DNA from: an uncultured bacterium
Lineage (GTDB): Bacteria > BMS3Abin14
Length of the DNA stretch: 64,000 nt
Assembly: GCA_965603295.1 (NCBI GenBank)
Contig: CBFDCL010000001.1
Span: 506 to 64,505, forward strand
Reading direction: 5' to 3'
Part shown: in pieces, positions 39,526-48,335 of the stretch
Position numbering within the stretch: position 1 is the first letter of the stretch
Layout: each line of letters begins with the position of its first letter
Made by a program: the position numbers and the translations under genes
Notes under the pieces: generated by a model
What the model was told of the DNA's origin: nothing
The model's input: only the letters and a program-made list of their open reading frames with translations
Database searches by the model: none

Positions 39526-40947
39526 TTAACCTACTTCGTGAAGTGGCCTCACCCGGAACCTGGCCCCCATGTCCTTCGCGATTTTCCGGCAGGCTTCCAC
39601 GTCCACGTCAGGGTGGCGCACCACTGTCAGGATGACGTCCAGATTCGCCTCGACGCACTTTCTGGAAAAATCCAGGAGAGAGCGGTAGGGGTCCGGTCCA
39701 AGGCTCGGCCGGCAGACTCCTTCAAAAGTCGCGGCATCCTGGGCGTTGAGGCTGATGGACACGGTATCGACAGCTCCCGCCAGTTCCTCCACTATATTTC
39801 TCCGGTGGAAAAGGTTGCCCAGGCCGTTGGTGTTAAGACGGATCCTGACGGCGGGTGAACTTTCCCGGACCCTTGCCGCCGTTTCGAGGATCTCGGGAAG
39901 CCGCATGGTGGGCTCTCCGTAACCGCAGAACACGACCTCTTCACTCGTCCGCCAACCCTCGAGTTCAAGGGCCTGGAGCATCTCCTCCGGGGTGGGATCC
40001 CGTTCAAGCCTCAGGTCGTGGCCCTTGACCACCGGGTTGATGGTTCTCTGGCAGAATGTGCACGCGTTCGTGCACTGACTGGTAACGTTCAGGTACACCG
40101 AGTCCCGTATCGTATAGGCAACTTTCGAGGGAGGCAGATCCACCGGGAGGCGGAAGAAGCGAACGGCGTTTCGTGTCGTGATGCGGGCAACATCGTCAAC
40201 GGACAATCCTTTAACCTTGGCGATGCGCTCGGCCACGAGGTGAACATGGGCTGGTTCGTTCCTCTGACCTCGGAAGGGGTGAGGCGCCAGGTAAGGGCTG
40301 TCCGTTTCCACCATCATGCGCTCGAGGGGGACAAAGGAAAGGACCTTCTCGGACCACTCCCGGTTCTTTTTTCCCTCGTAAGTCACCGTGCCTGTAAAGG
40401 AGAGGTTCAGACCCATTTCGAGGAAAGCCGCCGCGTCATCCACAGTCCCGGAGAAACAGTGCACTACCGCTCCCATCTGCCCGACACCCTCTTCCCCCAG
40501 GACACGGAGAGCATCCGCGTAAGCATCCCTGACGTGAATGACCAGGGGTTTCCCGGCCTCCCGGGCCAGGGCCAGGTGGAGCCGGAACGATTTCTCCTGT
40601 AAGGGCCTGGGAGAATGGTCCTTGAAAAAGTCCAGCCCGGTCTCCCCGATCCCTACCACAGGTTTTCTCGCGGCCAGTTTGGACAGTTCGGTCATGACCC
40701 CGTCATCGACATCCGAGGCGTCGTGAGGATGCACCCCGACCACGGCAGACACCTCACGGTACTTTTGGGCGATCTTAAGGGCCCGCCTGCTCTCGGCAAG
40801 GGTCGACCCCACGGTGACGAGGTGAATGATCCCCGAAGCGTGAGCGCGTTCGAGAACCTGCTCCAGGTCGGCTTTGAACTGGCGCATCTCCAGATGCGCG
40901 TGGGAGTCAATGAGAAAGGAGGGCATTGTTTGGAGTTCGGAGTTCAT
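39526..40947 (-). CDS. tatD: TatD-family hydrolase fused to a TatD-associated radical SAM domain
   Basis: N-terminal TatD (SHAHL, GIGETGLD, HCFSG, ETDSPYL); C-terminal CTNACTFC Cx3Cx2C radical-SAM motif; directly downstream of metG. Confidence 0.8.
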   Translation of the reverse strand: MNSELQTMPSFLIDSHAHLEMRQFKADLEQVLERAHASGIIHLVTVGSTLAESRRALKIAQKYREVSAVVGVHPHDASDVDDGVMTELSKLAARKPVVGIGETGLDFFKDHSPRPLQEKSFRLHLALAREAGKPLVIHVRDAYADALRVLGEEGVGQMGAVVHCFSGTVDDAAAFLEMGLNLSFTGTVTYEGKKNREWSEKVLSFVPLERMMVETDSPYLAPHPFRGQRNEPAHVHLVAERIAKVKGLSVDDVARITTRNAVRFFRLPVDLPPSKVAYTIRDSVYLNVTSQCTNACTFCQRTINPVVKGHDLRLERDPTPEEMLQALELEGWRTSEEVVFCGYGEPTMRLPEILETAARVRESSPAVRIRLNTNGLGNLFHRRNIVEELAGAVDTVSISLNAQDAATFEGVCRPSLGPDPYRSLLDFSRKCVEANLDVILTVVRHPDVDVEACRKIAKDMGARFRVRPLHEVG

Positions 40948-40996
40948 AGGTCAGGGTTCAGAGTCTAGAATCTAGAATCAAGAATCTTACTGCTGC

Positions 40997-42937
40997 CTAC
41001 CTGATCCTCATCCCCGGCTTGACTTCTTTGTCGAAGGTCACCAGAGAGAGGTTCTCCCCATCGTGGGCGGCCAGGAGCATCCCGTTGGACTCGACCCCCA
41101 TGAGCTTTGCGGGGGCAAGGTTCCCAACGACGGCAATGGAAAGGCCAACGAGTTCCTCGGGTTTGTAAAATTCGGCGATCCCTGCCACGATCTGGCGCTC
41201 AACCCCGGTGTCCACGATTATTCGGATCAGCTTTTGAGACTGGGGGACGTTCTCGGCCTGGAGGACTTTCCCGGTGACGAGCTCCACTTTGGCGAACTCA
41301 TCGATAGTGATGACGTTTTCCATGGTTTCTTTCTTCTCCCTTCCTTCTTCTTCCTTCTCGGTTTCCTTTTCCCCCACCGGGATCTCCGGCAGTTCCTCAA
41401 TGCGCGGGAACAGGGAAGGCCCCCTGAAAACTTTCGTCCCCCCTGGCATGCCTCCCCACACGTCGAGGGAAGTCACGGCGTGGAGCTCTTTTTCCTGGGC
41501 GATACCGAGCTGGCGGTACATCTTCTGGCCGGTCTCCGGCATGAAAGGGGTGATCATCACGGCCACCTGCCGAATGGCTTCGAAAAGGGAATACATCACC
41601 GAGTCCAGCTGCGCGTCCTTCCCTTCCTTGAAAAGGGCCCAGGGAGCAGCCGAATCAACATATTTGTTGGCCGCTCTGATGAATTCCCAGACAGATTTAA
41701 GAGCACGGTCGAAAGCGAGGTTCCCCATCTGTTTTGCAAGTTCGTCCCTCGCGGTTCCGGCAGCCGCCTGGAGGCTCCGGGAGAGGTCGTCCCCCTCCCC
41801 ATCGGATGGGGAGGGAGGTATAACTCCATCCCTGTACTTTTCCAGCATGCCGAGGGAGCGCTGGAGAAGGTTTCCCAGATCGTTGGCCAGGTCAGAGTTT
41901 ATCCGGCCAACAAGGGCGGAGTGGGAAAAATCCCCGTCCAGTCCGAAGGGAACTTCCCTGAGAAGAAAATACCGAACCGGATCAGCCCCGTATTCATCCG
42001 TGAGCATGTTCGGCTCAACCACGTTCCGGAGGGATTTGGACATTTTGCGCCCCTCTACCGTCCACCAGCCGTGGGCAAAGACACGGGCCGGAGGGGCAAG
42101 CCCTTCCCCCTGGAGCATCGTGGGCCAGTAAACGGTGTGGGTGGTCAGGATATCCTTCCCGATGAGGTGGGTGCAGTTTTTCCACAGGGCTTGGAACCGG
42201 TCGTCATCGGTTGTGTAGCCAGAGGCCGTGACGTAGTTGATAAGGGCGTCAAACCAGACGTAGGTTACGTATTCCCTGTCAAAGGGGATTTCCACACCCC
42301 AGTGGAGACGGCTCTTGGGGCGGCTGATGCAGAGATCTTCCAGGGGCTGCTTGAGAAAACCAATGATCTCGTTCCGCCGTGAATCCGGCCTAATGAAGTC
42401 GGGGTTCTCCTCGATATGGCGGGTGAGCCATTCCTGGTATTTGCTCATTCGGAAAAAGTAGTTGCTCTCCTCGATCTGAACGACTTCTCTCCCGCAGTCC
42501 GGACATTTGCCGTCAGTCAGGTCCTTCTCGGTCCAGAACCTTTCGTCGGGTACGCAGTACCAGCCGGAGTACGAGGACTTGTAGATATCCCCGCTGTTGA
42601 AAAGTTTCTGGAGAAAATGCTGGACCACCAGGATATGGCGATCCTCCGTGGTGCGGATGAAGTCGTCGTTGGAGATGTTGAAACGTCTCCAGAGATCCTG
42701 AAATCGGACCACCATCTGATCACAGTGTGTCTGGGCATCCAGGCCCCGCTCTTTCGCGGCCTGTTCCACCTTTTGCCCGTGCTCATCGGTTCCCGTCAGG
42801 AACATGACGGTCCGGCCGGTGGATCTCATGTAGCGGGCGATAACGTCAGCTGCCACTGTTGTGTAAACGTGCCCGATATGGGGGACGTCGTTGACATAGT
42901 AGATCGGTGTGGTCACGTAAAAGGTGTCGCCGTTCAT
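40997..42937 (-). CDS. metG: methionine--tRNA ligase with C-terminal tRNA-binding (EMAP/Trbp111-like) domain
   Basis: HIGH (HIGH-V) and KMSKS motifs, zinc knuckle, C-terminal OB-fold. Confidence 0.9.
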   Translation of the reverse strand: MNGDTFYVTTPIYYVNDVPHIGHVYTTVAADVIARYMRSTGRTVMFLTGTDEHGQKVEQAAKERGLDAQTHCDQMVVRFQDLWRRFNISNDDFIRTTEDRHILVVQHFLQKLFNSGDIYKSSYSGWYCVPDERFWTEKDLTDGKCPDCGREVVQIEESNYFFRMSKYQEWLTRHIEENPDFIRPDSRRNEIIGFLKQPLEDLCISRPKSRLHWGVEIPFDREYVTYVWFDALINYVTASGYTTDDDRFQALWKNCTHLIGKDILTTHTVYWPTMLQGEGLAPPARVFAHGWWTVEGRKMSKSLRNVVEPNMLTDEYGADPVRYFLLREVPFGLDGDFSHSALVGRINSDLANDLGNLLQRSLGMLEKYRDGVIPPSPSDGEGDDLSRSLQAAAGTARDELAKQMGNLAFDRALKSVWEFIRAANKYVDSAAPWALFKEGKDAQLDSVMYSLFEAIRQVAVMITPFMPETGQKMYRQLGIAQEKELHAVTSLDVWGGMPGGTKVFRGPSLFPRIEELPEIPVGEKETEKEEEGREKKETMENVITIDEFAKVELVTGKVLQAENVPQSQKLIRIIVDTGVERQIVAGIAEFYKPEELVGLSIAVVGNLAPAKLMGVESNGMLLAAHDGENLSLVTFDKEVKPGMRIR

Positions 42938-43803
42938 TGGAGTTTCTCCCTCAACTCGTCGATATCCATAACAATGGGTTTGCCGTCGGTCATGTCAATG
43001 GTCACGGTTCTGGAGAAGATATCAATGAACCTGATCTTCCCGGTTCCCTCGGGCACGGTCACCTTTTTCCCGACCTTGGGGAGGCCCTCGAAAACCTCCT
43101 TGTACTGGCCGTATTCGTAACTGAGGCAGCAAAGAAGCCGCCCGCAGCCGCCGGAGATCTTGGTCGGGTTCAGGATCACGTTCTGTTCCTTGGCCATTTT
43201 CACCGAGATCGCGTCGAACTCCTTCAGGAAAGTGCTGCAGCAAAAGGCCATTCCGCACGGGCCCAGGCCCCCGAGCAGCCTGGCTTCGTCGCGGATTCCG
43301 ATCTGCCGCATCTCGATCCGGGTTCCAAACTCCTTTGCCAGCATCCTCACGAGTTCCCGGAAGTCCACCCTTTTTTCCGCGGTGAAATAAAAGATGGCTT
43401 TGGAACGATCAAGGAGGAATTCCACCCTGACCAGACGCATGGAAATGTCCCACTCCTGAATGGTGTTGGCGCAAAATTCGAAGGCTTTGCGCTCGAGCTC
43501 CCTGTTCTCGTCGTCCTTTTCCGTTTCTTCCGGGGTCGCCTTCCTCAGCACAATGAGGTCCTTGCACCCGCGGCACTCGAGGGTCACGGGAGGCTCCATC
43601 ACAACCCCGACGGCCTTGCCCTTCTCCGTCTGGACCACCACTTCGTCTCCCTGCCTGAGGGTATGCTCCCCGGCGTTGAAATGGGAGGAGCGGTTCTGGC
43701 CTCGAACGGCCACCAGGACCGTTCTCAGGCCGGCGATACCGGAGTCGTTATCCGTTTGTTCTGTGGGTTCGTTAAGAGTGTTGTCGCCGTTTTCGGGTTC
43801 CAT
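42934..43803 (-). CDS. PSP1 C-terminal domain protein (YaaT-like)
   Basis: PSP1 domain; position holB-yaaT-(...)-metG as in Firmicutes. Confidence 0.75.
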   Translation of the reverse strand: MEPENGDNTLNEPTEQTDNDSGIAGLRTVLVAVRGQNRSSHFNAGEHTLRQGDEVVVQTEKGKAVGVVMEPPVTLECRGCKDLIVLRKATPEETEKDDENRELERKAFEFCANTIQEWDISMRLVRVEFLLDRSKAIFYFTAEKRVDFRELVRMLAKEFGTRIEMRQIGIRDEARLLGGLGPCGMAFCCSTFLKEFDAISVKMAKEQNVILNPTKISGGCGRLLCCLSYEYGQYKEVFEGLPKVGKKVTVPEGTGKIRFIDIFSRTVTIDMTDGKPIVMDIDELREKLQ

Positions 43804-43807
43804 TTTC

Positions 43808-44812
43808 TTAAACTCTTTTCTCCCCGGACGCTGTTTGCTCGCGGATGGTAAGCAGCAGGCTGTCCAGGGTCAACTGGATATTGGTGTTGGCGTTTAAAGC
43901 TTCGCGAGCGTCCTCAATGGATTCGAGAACGGCATCGAAGGGGTATCCCGCGTTTTTTGCCACGGCTTCCCTGAGTGCCGGGATGTGGGCGGCGCTGATG
44001 ACCTGGCTTTCCTTTCCTCCTTCGGACAGGATCAAAAGGTCCCTGTACCACTGGATCATAAGTTCAAGGGTTCTGACGGTCTCCTGACGGTTTTTGCTCC
44101 AGGTTTGAGAAAGATCAAGGGTTTTTCCTGGCCCCAGGTCGCCGAGGGTCAGAAGCCGGTCAAACTCCCCGGTGCTGCTCAGGAGGACCCCGTCCCGGTG
44201 GAGGGACAGGGCCCGTTCCATACTTCCTTCCGCCATGGAGGATAACCGTTCCGCATCCGCGGCGGAGATGCCCTTTTCCTTCAGCAGATCGCTGAGCACC
44301 TTTTTCCCCAGGGGCCTGAAAGGCAGAACCTGGCATCTCGAGGTGATGGTAGGAAGGACGGATTCCCTGTGGGGGGCAATCAAGATGAAGTGCGACGTTT
44401 CCGGGGGCTCTTCAAGGGTTTTCAGAAAGGCGCTCGCAGCGTTGGTGTTCATGAGCTGTGCGTCCTCCACGATAAAAGTCGAACTACTTCCTATCATGGG
44501 TTTGAGGTAGGCTTTTTCCAGGATCTCCTCGCGAACCTGCTGGATAAGGATCTGCCTTTTGCCCTTGGCCGGCCCAATGAGGTGGAGGTCGGGATGATTT
44601 CCCGCCGCGTAGAGACGGCAGGAGGAACAGGTTCCGCAGGCAAAGGGCCCTGACTCGCAATTCAGGCCGGCTGCCACGGCGACCGCCGCCGGCATCCTCC
44701 CACATCCGTCAGGTCCGGTGAACAGGTAGGAGGTAGGTATCCTTTTGTTTTTAAGGGCTTTTGTCAGGATTGCGAGGGGACCATCCTGACCCTTTATCCG
44801 GTCAAAATACAT
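43808..44812 (-). CDS. holB: DNA polymerase III subunit delta'
   Basis: AAA+ clamp-loader motifs (YLFTGPDGCGR), Cys4 zinc module, SRC motif. Confidence 0.8.
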   Translation of the reverse strand: MYFDRIKGQDGPLAILTKALKNKRIPTSYLFTGPDGCGRMPAAVAVAAGLNCESGPFACGTCSSCRLYAAGNHPDLHLIGPAKGKRQILIQQVREEILEKAYLKPMIGSSSTFIVEDAQLMNTNAASAFLKTLEEPPETSHFILIAPHRESVLPTITSRCQVLPFRPLGKKVLSDLLKEKGISAADAERLSSMAEGSMERALSLHRDGVLLSSTGEFDRLLTLGDLGPGKTLDLSQTWSKNRQETVRTLELMIQWYRDLLILSEGGKESQVISAAHIPALREAVAKNAGYPFDAVLESIEDAREALNANTNIQLTLDSLLLTIREQTASGEKRV

Positions 44813-45449
44813 GGGGAAACCTCGCTGCTAACTCCCTGATCACCGCCTCGGAGAGCTCCGGTGGCTGCGACTCCCCGTCGAGGAGCAGGAACCTTTCCGG
44901 GTCCTCCTTCATTATCCTGAGGTAACCTTCCCGGACCCGGTGGTGAAAAGCCAGTTCTTCCTCGTCGATCCGCGATTCCGACTGATCCGCTGCCAGGTTG
45001 TTACGCCTCCTGGCCCTCTCGAGGCCCAACTCGGCGGGAAGGTCCAGCAGAACGGTCATGTCGGGCCGGATCCCACCTCGTGCGGCCCCGTCAACCGCAT
45101 TCACGGTTTCGGGTGGGACTCCCCGTCCGTGACCCTGGTATGCGAGGGTCGCATCGGAGAACCGGTCACACAGGATCATGCCGCCGGCTTCAAGGGTCGG
45201 ACGGACCACTTCAGCCACATGCTGGGCCCGGTCGGCTCCGAACAGCATGAGTTCTGTCACGGCTTCCATCCCCGCTGCCCCGGGATCGAGGAGGACATTC
45301 CGTAATGCGATCCCGAGATCGGTGCCGCCCGGTTCCCTGGAGAGGAGGGGATCAAACCCCTTCTCCCGAAGGGCATGGGCAACCAGGTCCATAAGGGTTG
45401 TTTTTCCCGACCCCTCGATTCCCTCGAATGTAATGAATATCCCGCGCAT
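44802..45449 (-). CDS. tmk: thymidylate kinase
   Basis: Start MRGIFITFEGIEGSGKTT (P-loop); the upstream ORF-track extension was rejected. Confidence 0.85.
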   Translation of the reverse strand: MRGIFITFEGIEGSGKTTLMDLVAHALREKGFDPLLSREPGGTDLGIALRNVLLDPGAAGMEAVTELMLFGADRAQHVAEVVRPTLEAGGMILCDRFSDATLAYQGHGRGVPPETVNAVDGAARGGIRPDMTVLLDLPAELGLERARRRNNLAADQSESRIDEEELAFHHRVREGYLRIMKEDPERFLLLDGESQPPELSEAVIRELAARFPHVF

Positions 45450-45469
45450 CAGACGGTTTTCCCGCGTTG

Positions 45470-45584
45470 AGAAGCCAGGAGCCAGGAGCCAGTGGCCAGT
45501 GGCCAGTGGGTTCTGAAATGGTGTAATCATAGCCGGAATTTTTGAACTTCTCCTGACTCTTGAATTCTGACTCCTGGCTCCTGC
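45470..45584. repeat. inverted arrays of (GCCAGGA)/(CCAGTGG) versus (CTCCTGG/CTCCTGA) heptamers in the tmk-mogA spacer
   Basis: gccaggagccaggagccagtggccagtggccagtgg at 45470-45510; ctcctgactcttgaattctgactcctggctcctg at 45550-45584; the word recurs at 34921-34940. Confidence 0.6.
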
Positions 45585-45585
45585 A

Positions 45586-46089
45586 TTATTCGGAGCCACA
45601 CTCCGATGGATCGCCCTTGATCTTGAGAAGCAGGTGCTCGAGGAAGCCGAAGAGCACCTCCATGTTCTCACGCACCGCTTTCGGACTCCCGGGAAGGTTG
45701 ACGATCAGCGTTGTTCCGCGGATTCCGGCGACCCCCCGGGTAAGTGCTGAGGTGGGGATCCGATCCCGGGCAACGGCCCTCATGGCCTCGGGGATGCCGG
45801 GTATCTCCACATCCAAAGCTCCCCGGGTTGCCTCCGGTGTTCTGTCCCTGGGGGAGGGGCCTGTCCCTCCGGTTGTCAGGATTAGATCGAGTTGGTCCTC
45901 ATCGGCCCAGATTCTGAGTTTCTTCGTAATCAGGAGTTCCTCGTCGGGGAGGACTTCCCGGTGAGCCCACAGGACATCGAATTCCGGATGGGCGGTGAAG
46001 CTTTCCATGATTGCGGGGCCGCTGAGATCTTCGTACTCCCCCCTGCTGGATCGATCGCTGAGGGTCAGAACACCGGCATTAATCCTCAA
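45586..46089 (-). CDS. mogA: molybdenum cofactor biosynthesis protein MogA/MoaB family
   Basis: (L)RINAGVLTLSDRSSRGEYEDLSGP N-terminal motif; probable TTG start overlapping the MOSC gene by 11 nt. Confidence 0.65.
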   Translation of the reverse strand: MRINAGVLTLSDRSSRGEYEDLSGPAIMESFTAHPEFDVLWAHREVLPDEELLITKKLRIWADEDQLDLILTTGGTGPSPRDRTPEATRGALDVEIPGIPEAMRAVARDRIPTSALTRGVAGIRGTTLIVNLPGSPKAVRENMEVLFGFLEHLLLKIKGDPSECGSE

Positions 46090-46531
46090 CGATGCCCCCC
46101 CTGCTCTCCAGATCGATGGGATCTCCCGTTCGGATGACGCCCCCGGCGAGAACTCTGCAAAAAACCCCCTCCCGGGGCATGACGCAGTCCCCGGCCTTTT
46201 CATAGATGGCACACCGATCGTGGCACTCCTTGCCCTTCTGGGTGATCTCGATCAGTGTTTCCTTTCCGAGGAGCAGTTTCTGGCCGACGGGCAGGGAGGG
46301 AAGGTCCACCCCCTCGGTGGTGATGTTTTCAGCGAAATCCCCCGGGCCGACCTCGAGCCCTTTGGCAAGCATCTTTTCAATGCTTTCCTTTGCGAGCAGG
46401 CTCACCTGCCGGTGCCAGTCCCCTGCGTGGGCATCGGTTACGATGCCAAAATCTTTCCGGAGAAGGGCGTGGGTGACGTTTCTCTTGGGGATGCCCTTCC
46501 GCTCACTGACGGAGATGGCATGGATTCGCAT
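46079..46531 (-). CDS. MOSC-domain protein (YiiM-like)
   Basis: MOSC beta-barrel with a conserved Cys near the C-terminus. Confidence 0.7.
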   Translation of the reverse strand: MRIHAISVSERKGIPKRNVTHALLRKDFGIVTDAHAGDWHRQVSLLAKESIEKMLAKGLEVGPGDFAENITTEGVDLPSLPVGQKLLLGKETLIEITQKGKECHDRCAIYEKAGDCVMPREGVFCRVLAGGVIRTGDPIDLESRGGIVED

Positions 46532-46558
46532 TTTCGTTTATATCCTCCGATGTTACGG

Positions 46559-46579
46559 TTTTTATTGAACCAATAAAAA
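46559..46579. promoter_or_regulatory. perfect 21-bp palindrome TTTTTATTG-aac-CAATAAAAA immediately upstream of the MOSC gene RBS
   Basis: 9-bp arms exactly complementary; sits 28 bp 5' of the MOSC ATG on the minus strand; candidate operator or weak hairpin. Confidence 0.35.
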
Positions 46580-46589
46580 TACACTATCC

Positions 46590-46690
46590 ACCATAAGAGG
46601 GCAAGGAGAGAGGAAAAGGTAGAAAGTAGAAGGTAGAAAGTAGAAGGTGGAAAGGGGAAGGTGGAAAGGGGGAGGCCGTGAGCTTGTCGA
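46590..46690. repeat. (GAAGGTRGAAAGKA)n purine-rich tandem array
   Basis: aaggtagaaagtagaaggtagaaagtagaaggtggaaaggggaaggtggaaaggggg. Confidence 0.55.
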
Positions 46691-46766
46691 AGGGTGGAAC
46701 GTGGAAAGAGGATTGGCCCTGTTTGATTTCCCTTTCCCCTTTCCACTTGAACCTTATTGCTGTTTT

Positions 46767-47609
46767 TCACATCCCCATCGTGAACCCGACAACGACCCGG
46801 TCGGTCTTTTTTGTGTCCTTGTTGTAAAGGACAGCGGCATCAAGGCTTCCGTTGACATCGGAATAGGTGACGCCAGCGGCAAAGTAGATTTTTCCATTGG
46901 CGAGGTCCTGGTAGCCGAACCTTCCGGTGAGCCACGTAAACGGGCTGAACTCGAGGCCGGATCTTTTGTCCTCTTCGCCGCCTGTAAAAGGGATCTCCTC
47001 GTAGTCCACGGTGACAAGAAGGGTCCACGGCAGATGAAAGGCAGCTCCGAACCCGGTCGTTCTTTCGAGAAGATCGCTGTCGCTGCGGTAGAGGTTCCGG
47101 GCCATGTACCCGAGGGAAACGTGCTCACCCAGGCTCAGCAGCAACCCCAGGTCGGCGGCGGACAAGTCCCGGTTACTGCCTGTCTCCGGGGTGTATTCCC
47201 CCATGTGAAAACTTTCTCCCAGGGTCAGGAAGGGGGTAAGTGTCTGGGCAAAGGCGACGCCCCAGAGGTTTTTTTCGAAGCCGGTAAACTGAGGGTCGGA
47301 GTAATAGTTCAGAGCTCCTCTCACGGAAGAGCTTGTGTCCACTACCGAGACCACCCAGGTTCCTTTATCTGCTTCTCTATCCCTGAGGTACTCTGCTCCG
47401 AGGGCGAAAAAACCGTCAGGGGTCAACGTCGCGGGGTTGCCCAGAGCGCTGCTTTTTCCCGGCGGGGAGGCGATGACCGTCCCCCCTCTGCCCAGGGATT
47501 GGGCGTCGGTGCCGGATGTGGGGAAGGCCGGGTCCGCCACCAGCCACCCCGGCAGGATGAACGTCAGGGAAAGGGCGAAAAGAATGGAGTAGAAATATCT
47601 TTTATCCAT
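46767..47609 (-). CDS. outer-membrane beta-barrel protein (hypothetical)
   Basis: Signal peptide and alternating amphipathic beta-strand pattern. Confidence 0.5.
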   Translation of the reverse strand: MDKRYFYSILFALSLTFILPGWLVADPAFPTSGTDAQSLGRGGTVIASPPGKSSALGNPATLTPDGFFALGAEYLRDREADKGTWVVSVVDTSSSVRGALNYYSDPQFTGFEKNLWGVAFAQTLTPFLTLGESFHMGEYTPETGSNRDLSAADLGLLLSLGEHVSLGYMARNLYRSDSDLLERTTGFGAAFHLPWTLLVTVDYEEIPFTGGEEDKRSGLEFSPFTWLTGRFGYQDLANGKIYFAAGVTYSDVNGSLDAAVLYNKDTKKTDRVVVGFTMGM

Positions 47610-47855
47610 GGTAGTGTAGATATCCGGTCGTGGCGGCCCATGTCAAGGGGCAGGAAAGTGGGCCGATTCGCGAATGCCGATTTTCCGACCGGAGGTTACG
47701 CTGCCCAGGATGGAGAGGCTGTTGCGATTCGAGGGTTGCGTTGTGAGCCAGGGTCGAAATCGGTTCCATCAGGGGTCGTCTTTTTTCAGGAATTTCCCCT
47801 TGCCACCTTGACCGAAATACAGTATCAGGGAAAGTTATCTTTATTACGGGATTGG

Positions 47856-48221
47856 ATGATGACGGAAAAAGAGCTGCAAGCACTCATAGAGAAACTCAAG
47901 TTCTGGAGGGATGAACTCATCGTTGAGGCCACCAGGACTGTGGACGGCATGACCGAGGAAAAGGCCCAGTTCGCCGATCCCTCGGACAGGGCATCCATGG
48001 AGACCGACCGTAACTTCCTGCTCCGGATCCGGGATCGTGAAAGGAAACTCATCACCAAGATCGATCGTACCCTGGAAAAGATCGAGGAAGGGAATTTCGG
48101 CCTCTGCGAGGAGTGCGGCGAGGAGATCGAATTCAAACGGCTCGAAGCCCGTCCTGTGGCAACCCTTTGTATCGAGTGTAAAATCCTTCAGGAAGAGGAA
48201 GAGAAACTCCAGAAGAGCTGA
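47856..48221 (+). CDS. dksA: RNA polymerase-binding transcription factor DksA
   Basis: About 120 aa; coiled-coil with acidic tip; C4 zinc finger (CEECGEEI...CIEC). Confidence 0.8.
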   Translation: MMTEKELQALIEKLKFWRDELIVEATRTVDGMTEEKAQFADPSDRASMETDRNFLLRIRDRERKLITKIDRTLEKIEEGNFGLCEECGEEIEFKRLEARPVATLCIECKILQEEEEKLQKS

Positions 48222-48335
48222 ATTGACCTGTAACAGGGCTGGTTTCCCCTGTAGCCCCCCACACCTTTTCCTCTTCCATCTGCGCCTGACGAAACGGTCA
48301 GGTCGATCCGTCTTCCTGACGACCGTGGATGAATC

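Noticed and set aside
46647-48221. 524-aa plus-strand ORF spanning the OMP gene antisense through dksA
   Set aside because: Only the last ~120 aa (47856-48221) match DksA. The remainder is antisense to the outer-membrane protein gene and crosses the intergenic region.
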